Part shown: piece after piece, positions 11,285-22,374 of the stretch
Layout: each line of letters opens with the position of its first letter
How positions within the stretch are numbered: the first letter of the stretch is position 1
NCBI GenBank assembly: GCA_027604505.1
Contig: JADIIX010000010.1
Coordinates: 248,001 to 283,725, forward strand
Source: Gonapodya sp. JEL0774
Taxonomy: Eukaryota
Reading direction: 5' to 3'
Length of the DNA: 35,725 bases
Notes under the pieces: model-generated
Database searches by the model: none
The model's input: the letters and a program-made list of their open reading frames with translations, nothing else
Told to the model about the DNA's origin: nothing
Translations under genes and position numbers: made by a program

Positions 11285-14200
11285 TCATAATCTAACAAGA
11301 TTCTGTACAGTGTCCGAAACATCGCTGGGCAGTTTGGCAACAGCAGCTGCGAAGATCGCTCGATCGTTTACCGCAATGTTTCTCATCTCAGTAGCGAAGT
11401 AAGTGCGAACGTCCGATATTCCAGCTGCAGATAAAGGGTCCCGCTTGAGTTTTCCCACTGTAGCTAATCGCGAATATGAGGCTTGATATCCAGTCTCTTC
11501 CGCTTCCAAGAGCTGCAGGTCGTCGTCAATATCAACCGTGTGTCCCCCTCCAGATGCAACAGGTATCTTCAGTATTCGAATGATCTCTGTGATAACACCA
11601 GGCCTGAACAGACTTTCCGTGACAGTTGTACCTTGGTAACTACGTTGCATAGACTACTCACCAGTCCCCTGAATATGGTTCCTGCTTCATCCGTGCAGAT
11701 TGTCCGAGTAGGTTAGTCATCCCCACAACTATGAGGTTCCGATCATCAAGGCGCATCATTTCCCCAGTCGATAACTCTGGTAGTACAATTTGATTGAGAA
11801 TAGTGTGAAAGAGGCTTTTGTAGTGAGGAGTTCAAGTAATACGTAAGGTGACAACCGCACAGTACTTAGATTCACAACCCACTTCGGTTGAAGGGCGTCA
11901 AATGTCGTGATGAAATCATCTGGACCAAAACCTTCTTTCCTCATCGCGAACAGAGTATTGAGGAACAGAACAAAAGATCGCTGAAATTTTGCAGTCTTCG
12001 ATGTGGAGAGACGTGTTAGTTGGAAGAAAAAAATATTGCGGAGGAAGGGCTGAAGTGACGGACTACCAAATCCGATTGTGAGATTTGAATCATGCTGACC
12101 TCATGAACGACAGATCTACAACGCACGTGGGCACCTTCCAAAATATCTCTATCAACAAATCGAATCCATACTGATCGTTGAGCTTACTTCCAATCAACTT
12201 TTGATAAACACCGAGGAACGCTTGAACTTGCTTTTTTGCAACGATTTGAGAGGCACCTTTAGCAAGAAATGCTTGAAGAAGGCGAACAAGTGCGGGGACA
12301 TTTCCTTGGGACTCCCACAAAGCGGGTTGCAATAGAGGATGCAACATTACTTCGTAACGCTCCGGAATTTGGGATTCTTCGTGGAATTCCAAGAGTTGGG
12401 ACATGATTTGGAATACGTAAGGCATAAACTCTTTCCAGGCAAACGTTGGCATTAACATGTGATCTCCCCCAACTTTGGTGGCTACAGGGCACTCACCCTG
12501 CACGTCATTACCGAGAATAGCCTCGAAAACGGGAAACAGCATTTGCTCGAATCCCGGGAGGGTGGCTTTTTGCTCTGGAATCACATATCGGACAAGCGCA
12601 CCTAAACTTTCGAACGCGAAGTGATTGAACTTCGGATTTGACGGGTTCTTTGAAATTTTGTCGATGATGGCACTCAATCGCCGAATGATATCGCTGATGT
12701 ATGGAATTGTGACGGAACGCGCGACGATGATCACGCGCATGATGGCTGGGTACAATGGAAGAACAAAAATTAGTCTGCTTCAATCGCAAGCCATGCTCGT
12801 TACACACTGGCATTAAAGATCCAAGCTGACCTTTCATGACAAAATCGTTCTCCGCCAGCTTTTCTGGAGAAGGACCTCCCTTTTCAACGATCGAAAACAT
12901 GCTATCGATGATCCTTTGACCATCTCTCTCCAAGTCAGACGCAAGAAACATCGCCGCCCCATTTTGTGGACTTTTGATCGACAAGATTTTCTCCAGGGTG
13001 ATAGCGGCATACGTTGCAACCACTGGATTCGGGTGAGCGAAGTGACTAAGCACGGCAGGCAGGACTTCGGCCAGTTGTTGTTTGGTGAGCTATTTAACAG
13101 GTATCACCTTTCGACGTCACACGAAAAGTTCTTTCAAAGGTCTTACATGGCTCCTGAACATGATGAGATACTTCAAACAGCCCACTTTAATGATGGGATG
13201 AACATCTCCTGTTTTTACGTCTGCTTGCAAATCAGGTAGGACATTGCTCATGAGTACTGACATGAAGGGAATGTTTTCATTGAGCTTCGTAGCGCCGAGT
13301 TGCGCAGTTGCGCGCATTGCTGAAAGGGAGATAATGAGGTACAGAGCGGTGTCCTTAGAGCGCCAGTTGGTGACTCGATTTGCCTCGTAATTCTTGAGCA
13401 CGTCCGACAAGGGCATAAAATATGAGCGACGGAGTGAATAACGCGAGGAGACCTACTTGGAGATACGCTCCAACATAAATTGAGAATATTTCTGTAACCT
13501 CCTTGTTAAAATTCTCCATCAAGCCCCGCACCAAATCTGACGCGGCTCTCCTTCTCGTCTCGGCATCTGGAACACGGCGAAGAAAAGTTAGAATAGGTCC
13601 GGAAAGCTACATTTTTCAATGTGGACATGAACTTCACCTCCTCCCTCGACATCTCGCCTCACCCAACCAATTGGGTCATCTTCAAACTCCTCTACATCCG
13701 ACTTCCGTAGTTGCATATTGGGTATGATGATCTGCTCGCATATCTTTCCAAGGATTCCGGGGCCGGAGAATAAATCCCGATGCCGAGCCGGTTTGGCAAC
13801 CGATGTTAGGAATGTTATGGCTTTTGAGACAAGCTGAAAGGCGAACGAAGTCGTTAAAAGCATCATCAAAGTCGCACTCCTGAGAACTGACCCCATCATA
13901 TCTCAACTCGCGTCCAGTTGTTGTTAATAGGCCCCATATTGCACCGACAAAAACCTCCAGGCGTACTTTTCCCAGCTCCTCCTCGTACCTCCTGGCGTAT
14001 AGGTCAGCTATCTCACAGATAACGGCCTTTACTTTGGTTATGGGCCCTTCTTCTCCTTCCTCCTCTTCTCCATCATCTTCCACAGGTCTCCCAACAGTTG
14101 GTGCGTGTGGCGCCAGGGGATTCCCATTCTGGGCAGGTCCAGCCGGTCGATATGAGTTCTTCTCGAGAGCATCGTTGGTATATTGCAGGTATTTCAATAA

Positions 14201-15512
14201 CAATCCCATAAAATCGTCAATGTGATCCTCGAAAAATTCGGGTAGATCCTGGAAGTTCAGGTCCAGGTAAATTTTCACAAGAAGAAGCAATGCTTCAAAG
14301 AGACGCGCTAAGGCTGGCACGTCATTCGAGTGTTGGGTAATCAATGAGTCTGTGTGCTGGAAGAATTGTAGGTATGGCTTGGAAAACTTTTCCAGCACGA
14401 ACTTGATCTCTGAAAACAAGTCATTGCTGCGCACTTGTGACCGCCACCTAAATGATTGTGGTTCCATGTGAACAACTCACAGCTATATACGTACGGTATA
14501 ATACGCATACAAAGAGTGCTCACCTCCGGAATATTGAGTGCGCAGTCTGGAGAACTCCAACATTGGCGCCCCAGTCAGTGGGAGAAAGCTTTGCAACTAA
14601 GTCGTCCACGAGCGTCTCCCAGTTTTTAGGAAAATCCGTATCTGCGATAATGGAAACAGCCTCAGACAGTTGGAGTTGGAGGGGCGTGGCAACCACTGTC
14701 ATGAGGCGGACAATGTTTGACTTGATTGCTGCCCGGTCTGACGCGACGATACGATCTGCCACAGATTCATCCTTTTAAATAGACAGAGTTTGTACTAATC
14801 GGACACTTCAACCATCCTTTTTCCCTCTCACCTGCCTCCAGTTCTTTTTTACGAAGTTCTTGAAGTACAGGGCCGCAGCCTGTCTGACATTTGCATCAAA
14901 CTGAAGTCCACCGGGCACTTCACCACCACCACCAACAATGGTAAGCAAGCAAGGTCCGAAACCGGGAGTGGTTTCGGCTTGTACGAGGGACGCCTCGGCT
15001 GAGGAGTAGCAAGAGTTATGTTCACCCAAGCCCACGGCAAGCACCAGGTGAGTTGAATTCCGCGAAAGATTTAGAGCCATACAATAATTGGGTGGATGTT
15101 GCGGAGAGATAGTAGATAAAAACATCCAATGTGACCAACACGCATAGTTGCACAACGTGGTTAACCACCCAATCAACCAGGCTAGCAAGCCACGCTTGGA
15201 AACGAGGGACAGCCATAGATCGCACCAATCATAAGAACGAGAACGGCCATCAAACAGATCAGATCCTGCGCGCCGTTGTCGAGTACCAATTCACGCCCAA
15301 CTGGTTGAAGTAATAGACCGTTCTTGTCCGTCACATCGCCGTCCTTACACAGCAAGGTCCTCACGGCTTGTCCAAATGCGCGCATTCCAAGGCCGATCCG
15401 TTTCAGAAGTGGTTTCAAAGGAGGAAGACTCACCGCTTTTCCTCGCAACGGGATCGAGTGTTTGCGCGAGAAAGGCGGCAAGTGCAGCCAGATTACTAGC
15501 CGTGGGATCCAT
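11285..15512 (-). CDS. CSE1: Exportin-2 / importin-alpha export receptor Cse1
   Basis: MDPTASNLAALAAFLAQTLDP..; AAALYFKNFVKKNW; QLSEAVSIIADTDFPKNW; NFQDLPEFFEDH; EFEDDPIGWVRRDVEG; ISKNPSNPKFNHFAFES; EFMPYVFQI; GNVPALVRLLQA; GYQASYSRL. ATG 15512, TGA 11285-11287. Confidence 0.95.
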
Positions 15513-15643
15513 GGCAAGCATCCGATGTTGGCACAAGGAAGACGTTCGGGACGTTTGCAACGGAATTGATTTTATTGCAACTGCGTGCAAAAGCCATTGC
15601 GAAGGGGTTGTCAGATTTGTGCAATTTACACGTGAATATATTC

Positions 15644-18109
15644 TTATGCCACCTCAGCCCTTTTCCTTTGACCCTCCACATCCGAACCCGACGCCTTCTT
15701 TTTCCTCACTGCACCTTCTTTACCTACCAGTCCACCCTTTCCCATGCCCGCAGTTCCAACAGGTGCTGCAGGGGACATAGCCCTTGGTCCATCCGAGCTT
15801 GTGACTCTACCGTTCTCTCTCCTCGCAGCCAACCCATTTCCTTGTTGGGACCCAGTAGAGCCAGTCACGGCTGCCGCTATCGCAGGTATCGGGGCGTCCA
15901 CTTTGCGATTCGCCACGGTTTTCACTTTGCCTCCCAGAAGCGGCCCCAACTCCGGATCTCCGGTGATTGAATACTCGGAGTGAACATAAGGCAGAAGTGG
16001 TACATAAGTAATTCTCACTGGTTGTAATGAGCTCGCAGTTTTCCCTTGAGAACGGGGTGGAATAATGACACTGCAGCGAAACTGTGCGACCACTGGATGT
16101 GGAGGAGTGTGGGTGTGTGCGTCTTTAGAGTTCAAGGCAGAAGTTGAACTTGAGGTGACGAGTGGCTGGGATGTGTCGAATAAAACAGGGTGCGAGTGAA
16201 GAAGATCGTGAGAGACGCATTCAGTCACCCCTAAGCGGGTACGCTTGTCTTCCAATGCACTTTGAAACCGAGGGGAGTACCCAAGAAGTTGGATCGTTGG
16301 GGGGCTCAAACCGGGAGTACAAACGAGAGTCTCACCTGATCGTAAACGGAAACGAACCGAATCTCCTTACAATCTCATTGAATGCCATCCTGCTAGTCTT
16401 AAGCTTCAGATTATACTGTTTGCTGGTGTTCCTTCGGTAAATGGTTGTTCTATGATCCGTTGTGGTAATGCTTACTGTGGTGGTTACCGGTGCTGCTGCA
16501 TGATTAACCTTTGCAGGAGGGTTCGCGACGGGAGACTGCTGCAATTGCAGCGCGTCAGAGGTCGTCATAACCACGTTGAGTGACCACACCTCATTAGGTT
16601 CGAAAGTCGGATCGTTGGAAGGAGTTGTAGGAGCTGCAGCAGGTGCAGCAGGTGGATTTGGGACGGATTCTGATTGAGCATGTTGTTGCGTTGGTCCACT
16701 GTTAGTAATCCCAACGGTAGAAGAGTGTTGCGGCTGATTACTGTTGTTCGCAGGTGCGGGTTGTACTCCATCGTTGGGTCCACTGGCAGTAGACGTGGCT
16801 GGCGTAGGAGGCTGAGCAGTATGCGATTGGTTATTTTTTACCCGAGAAGGAATAGTTTTCTCTGCCTCCAGAACAAAGCGTCGGACGAGATGACCGGCAG
16901 GGATGGTTTCGATTGTGGTGCACCGGAAGGCAGATGCTACCTTTGCCAAAGCACTTGTCACCTCAGACACCTATGTTAAGTTGGTGAAGAAAAGAAGATA
17001 AGTTTTAGATGTTGCGTATCTAATCTATTGAAACCTTTCAAGTAAGGGAAACTCACACGAGCCCCGGGTTTCATAACTCGAAGTGCAACCTCGAGACCGA
17101 AGTAGGCGGCGCATATGGCATCCGCGGCACGGCCTGACCAATAAAGTTCATTTGTACAGGTTAGCCCCCGGAATGATTTTCGTCGTTGTGAAAGTTCAGA
17201 GCTCACCAACGATCGGTTTGTCTGGATTGGAGTTAAGCACAATGGTGTGAGATGCCAAGGCAATGTATCCATCCACGTGCACACCGAGTTCGCTTGTGAG
17301 AGTTCAGCCCAGTATGCAAAAGTTTCCACATATGAAAGCGTTTCGGTAAGGTTCCCTCGAGGCACACATCAGATTGAACTCGAGAACAAACTCACATCTT
17401 TACAACGTCTCCGTGGTGAAGATACGTTTGATCTTCGGGAAGAGGAGAAAAATTTTGGACGCAAGACCCAATATTGATGCACGTGGGATAGGCGATGCCT
17501 TTCTCAATGTCAGGTCGTTTGAACACCTTGGATGTCTGCATCGGGTGTGGACATTGTTAAATACACGCAGTTTCGTTTCGGTCGGTCATTTTATCACAGC
17601 ATCTTCCAAAGAAGGATCACGCTGACAGATAAATCCCCCGCATTCTTCATGTCGACTCACGTAATCCAGAATCAATTGATCTCCGTATGCGCATACTTCA
17701 TACACCCGTCGGCCTGGGGTAGTCACATCAATAACCTGTGGAGGAAAAACACGCGAAATTGTTCAATCTGAACATCCTCGAGGAGGTAAGTTATCCCCGA
17801 CGGAGGGTTTCGTTCGTATTCTTCCGGCATCCGGAACTGGTGTTATGAGAATAGGCCTTCCCCCTAATAATCCTCGACACAGCGAGGCTTGGTCCCACAA
17901 GCTATATCATCGTGTTGAAGGTCCCTAGGGATGATGTTGCCATGTGAGAATAGGGGAATGGGACGGGAGAACCTTACCTTCCTAAGTACTTCATTGGCGA
18001 TGTCGGCCGCAACACGATACTTGTAGCTTATAATAGAGTCACCAAGGTTATTCTCTTCTGCAATTTGTTGTTGCTGAAGCGCCTTCTCCTGCTTGGACTG
18101 CGTTGTCAT
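15644..18109 (-). CDS. Arx1/Ebp1(PA2G4)-family M24-fold 60S-associated protein (likely non-catalytic), with low-complexity insertions
   Basis: [96 protein letters not shown]. From recall, RRF, LKLKTSR and VHS look more Arx1-like than Ebp1-like. Confidence 0.88.
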
Positions 18110-18190
18110 GGTGGTTGACGAAACTGGTTTCTCCGCCTCCCACTCCTAAAATTTCATTCAACCAACAACTAACTTCAAATAGGAATCAAC

Positions 18191-20134
18191 ATGGGCCACA
18201 AAAGGAAAGAAAACGCAGATGTCGAAGAGGATGGTGACCCTGAAAGCCCTTTGCAGCAAATCTCCTTCAAGGCCCAGGTGTTTGATGTCGCATTTTCACC
18301 CCAAGAGGATCTTCTCGCAGTCGGGTTGCTTACGGGGCATCTTGCATGGTGGTTGTCCCACGCATGTCATAAAGACATTTCAGTCTCAACTAACTTTTCG
18401 CTTACCTGTGATCGAATGCTTTCGCCTGCCTACTTCTCGTTCAGTTACAGATACTCTCCACAAGGAAACACCCAGCTGTATAACGTGAAACCTCACAAAA
18501 AGTCATGCCGGTCCATTGGCTTCAGTCACGATGGCAAGGGTGTGTGCTCTTGCAAGGCTGTTTGCGAGTCCTGTGCCCCCATGGTCTCATCATCCAACAT
18601 TACCAGGCTTATACAGTGCATCGAAGGATAAATCGATACTGCTCCTCGATGTTGAGACCGGAAAGGTCATTGGACAGAAAAAAGACGCACATGAGTGAGT
18701 TCCTACTTGTGATGGGGCGAGGGCTCTCGTCGCTCAGTCTACATCGGGTCCACATTCAAGGTCTCCCATCAATATGCTTCAATCTCTCACCGAGAAAGCT
18801 TTCGCAACGGGAGACGACGATGGAACAGTCAAGGTGCTTGGTGCAGCTTTGTGGAGACAGATTTTGTTCTCGTGCAAACCCTTCTCTTCTCACCAAAGCT
18901 CTGGGATACCCGAACATTCAAATCCTCTACTTCAAGCAGCCCCAACCTTGCACCTCCATCGAATGAAGCCACCATCACTTACAAAGATAATGACGATTTT
19001 ATCTCGGACATGCACTTCGTCGAGCACAAGAAACATTTGATCGTCACAGGGAAAGTGGACATCACTTTTACAGTGCCAACATCAACAATCTAATAGTATC
19101 ATACTGGATCCTCCAGGGGTGACGGGTTTCTGTCGGTGTTCGACATCCGCAAACCCACAGTTTTGGCACGCTCAGACAATCAAGAGGATGAACTTCTCTC
19201 TGTCACTGTTGTCAAGGTGATGTCGTTTGAACAGTTCAGCCACACGTTTCAGGAACGTCTAAACGACAACCATTAAATTCGGTGCTCGCAGGACTTTCGA
19301 AAAGCCGTGGTGGGAACCCAATCCGGAGTTCTAGGTCTCTTCACATACGGACGCTGGGGTGATGTTTCGGATAGATTTCCTGGTCACCCGGGTTCGATAG
19401 ACTCTGTTCTCCCACTGTCCGAGGACTACATCGTTACGGGGTGCAGCGATGGTATCATTCGGGTGCTTTCTATTCTTCCAAACAAGCTTTTAGGAGTTGC
19501 GGGAACCCACGAAGATGGATTCGGGGTGGAGAGGCTTCGAAAGGATAGAACAGGTAGAATCATGGCGAGCACATCAGTAGACGAAGAGGTTCGCTTCTGG
19601 GACATTGGTTGGATTCTAGATGGAGGGGACGACGATGAGCGTGATTCGGAAGAGGACCAAGAGGATGGGAAAGAAACTAAGTCTGATTCTCTCTCACGAC
19701 CAATGAACACGTCGCTGCAGACATTCACAGTGCAAAAGAATGGGGTAAACGCAGATTCCAGCGATGACGAAGCGAGTGCGAATTCTGCGTCGTCTGATGA
19801 AGATGAAGGTGCTTCTAGTGAGTTCAGCGATAAAGATATGGGTGGTGAGGACACTGCAGAAAGTTTCGAATCGAGTTCGGGAGATAGTGACCTCGAGGAT
19901 GCAAGTGCAGCACATCCCATTCGACAGGGGACTGTTTCAACACATATTGATAAGGACGGAAACTCTCGTTCTAAGGAGTCATCTGATGACTCGGACTCGG
20001 ATACCTCACCTACTGAGAAAAAGAGGCGAAAGCGAAAGAGGGCAAAGAATGTAGGGGTCGACAAAATGCTCGCCGACAAACCCATCAGCAAGAATGGTTC
20101 GAAGAAAGCGGGATTTTTTGACGGACTACTGTGA
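18191..20134 (+). CDS. JIP5: WD40 protein Jip5/WDR55 (60S biogenesis)
   Basis: VFDVAFSP; HKKSCRSIGFS; LYSASKDKSI; FATGDDDGTVK|LWD; DFISDM; SDNQEDELLS; VGTQSGVLGLF..WGDVSDRFPGHPGSID; acidic tail, basic NLS-like KKRRKRKRAK, and terminal FFDGL. Confidence 0.9.
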
Positions 20135-20378
20135 TTCGGTTAATTTATACAGAATCTACCTCAATGTGGTGTACATACTACGTATTGAGTGTTTTTCGTG
20201 AATCCAAAACAAGGGAAATAGGTTCTCGGTGACGAGACGAGAGGGAGGGGTCGGGAGGGTTTGTCCAACGGGACCGCAAAACGTGGCGAAGCCGGATTCA
20301 TCCCATTTGCCTGATTTTTCGTCTCATAACATCAACAGCTCCCACGTCAAAAACTAAACTTACACTTTATACTTACAA

Positions 20379-21167
20379 ATGGCTACCCGTGAACTCCTTC
20401 GTAGTAAGTGGAGCGTCCACGTCTTTTTCTGTTCGATCTTCTCTGCCGGAAGTTGGAAATGGACGATCGCTCTGTTCTTCACCCTGCCATCATGTCCGCT
20501 CTTTCGACCCGACTTGATCGATTCGGTGCCCATCGCCCACTATCGGAATCAAGTGATGACCAGGCCTGAGGCCAGTGAGTTGCAAGAACTCTGTAGATGG
20601 GAAATCCGTGGTTCACACTGTTTGAGGGGTGTGTATTGACTCTCGGATCGATTTCTTCACAAACTAGTCCCCGTCATCATCCCCACTGCAGCGGGTGCTG
20701 GCTTCGCCCTCTACTACATCGCTTACATGTGCCATGTGAGTTTGTGGGCGTACATCTTCGGGAGCGATGAGCTACCCGGTAGCCGGTTGCTTTGTTCTCA
20801 CCCACCGCCTTTTCCGACCAGGGCCCGGATGCCCAATGGAACCGATGGGGAGACATGGAGTCATTCAACAAGGTGGACCGCAACGCTCAGACCAAATTTA
20901 TGGTGAGTGCGTTCTGGGTACTGGAATTCTGTTGTCCCAGATATAACCGATTTCACTTTCGGCTCCACCTCCACTGCAATCCTAATCGTGTGCTCCGTTT
21001 ATCATGTTTTATCCCCTTCCTCGGTCTTGTCTCACTCTTGTAGAGTGTTAACCAGGTTTGTGAAGGTCCACGTTCATAACCGATAATGGATACTAAATAT
21101 CTTTTCTCACTAGAAATACTCTGGCAAGTACAACAGGTGGACTGGCGCTTGGGAACAGTGGAAATAG
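20379..21167 (+). CDS. NDUFA4: NDUFA4/COXFA4 (MLRQ, B12D family) small mitochondrial membrane protein, 86 aa, 6 exons
   Basis: Exons 20379-20403, 20554-20574, 20668-20735, 20822-20902, 21044-21055 and 21114-21167 give MATRELLRMMTRPEAIPVIIPTAAGAGFALYYIAYMCHGPDAQWNRWGDMESFNKVDRNAQTKFMSVNQKYSGKYNRWTGAWEQWK*. This matches the family pattern PE.xP + TM + PD.xW + KF.SVN. Confidence 0.85.
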
Positions 21168-21317
21168 AGAGTTAAAGCGTGGGGAGAGCTCGGAGGACAC
21201 TTGTAAAGTACTCACTTCTGTACTAGAGAGAGAACTACTAGAAGAGAGGACTGTTAGATTGTGTTTATGGAAGATGTCAAATTAGATTTTAAAGTTTTAC
21301 TCAAGTGTAATTCCGTG

Positions 21318-21470
21318 GTTCACATCAACTTCACTGGACGGAGGGGTCATCGTGAAACCCTCTCCGCCACATCTCATTGCCCTGGTTTCGATTCCAGAGC
21401 CGAGTAAATTGGATCAAGGTGTCCCACCAATCAGAATTTGAGAGTTAAATTTGTGTGAACATTTAATTCT
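21318..21470. ncRNA. Candidate structured RNA element (unclassified multi-hairpin)
   Basis: Three adjacent hairpins enclosed by GTTCACA/TGTGAAC, plus an alternative 10-bp 3' hairpin. No exact match to a family I can recognise. Confidence 0.2.
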
Positions 21471-21634
21471 ATCAGGATATTTAAACTAACAGAACGAAAC
21501 TGCACAGTGTCAGCTGCCAGCATTCATGGAGCGCAAGGAATGTTTAAAATAGTCAATTCCAAATCCGTGTACTTCAATTCAGTCGGGGCTGTTCCTATTT
21601 TACAATAAATCATTTAGGTAAGAATTGGTCTGCC

Positions 21635-22104
21635 GTGATCTTCACACAACATGGCGCCGTCAATTATGTCGATAGCAACAGATCACTGCCAGAGACCCGC
21701 TGCTCACGCCCCCACAGTGGAGAACGCACGGCGGCTGTCGGCCATGACACAATCGTGTGTCCGACATTATGTTATGATGAGAAATGGGCCGTGAGAATAG
21801 CTCGACGTAGGGGGATGACTCACGTCGTCCGCAACAACATCACGCAGAATGGAGAGCATCCAATTCGTCATCATCCTCGCGCAGTAAGCACGCGCTATAC
21901 TATTGTCTTCCCACAGGTTTCTAGCACTCTGATTCGAGTGGCTCCACTGTTGTCGTTTTCTCCCCTACAGCGCAACCTCCGAATACAACATCCCATTGAA
22001 AGCGTACCCACTCGCCCCAATCATGACCTTCCTTTACCTCGAAATCTCTAGCACAGCTTACCCTCCTCCGCCCCTTGCCTTTCCTGGGTCCTGGTGGGAC
22101 CAGT
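21635..22104 (-). pseudogene. Decayed partial duplicate of the crotonase gene at 32312-35172
   Basis: 22012-22104 aligns with exon 33940-34033, with a 1-nt deletion and in-frame TAA at 22058-22060 and 22034-22036. The donor site is kept, intron 21942-21990 matches 33877-33925, and a remnant of the next exon (TTGACGGCGCC) lies at ~21650-21663. Confidence 0.8.
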
Positions 22105-22374
22105 TTCCAATGGGAAGACCGCACGAAAAGGCATCCAAATACACACTCTCATTTGGTCGTTTGGTTGTGACGAGCTCAAGACAATGACCTTGCTAGATCT
22201 GCCCATCACCGTCCTTGGGATGAACCCGGTAGAATCGCATTAGCCGGAGCTGCGACTAAAACGTGGGAGGGCTTCCAGACATAAAAACAGCAGGAGGAAA
22301 TTGCAATATCCACATAGACAGGAGGGTTGAAATTGCCTCACAAACAATCTAATAAGTATGGTGCGAACTAAAGA

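Noticed and set aside
15232..15250. Similarity to 18S rRNA segment ATGGCCGTTCT suggesting a C/D snoRNA guide
   Set aside because: On the host-gene strand it is the same sense as the rRNA, and no canonical C box/D box spacing supports it.
17822..17839. Palindromic 18-mer TTCCGGNATCCGGAACTG recurring at 31496-31513
   Set aside because: Roughly one 17/18 match is expected by chance in a window this size, and there is no further shared context.
19426..20091. 221-aa antisense ORF (similarly 27895-28458 and 34768-35514)
   Set aside because: Antisense shadows of low-complexity coding or skewed intronic sequence, with no domain-like content.
21379..21400. tRNA T-arm / tRNA-Sec
   Set aside because: GGTTTCGATTCC resembles a T-loop, but there is no acceptor stem, D-arm or anticodon arm at tRNA spacing.
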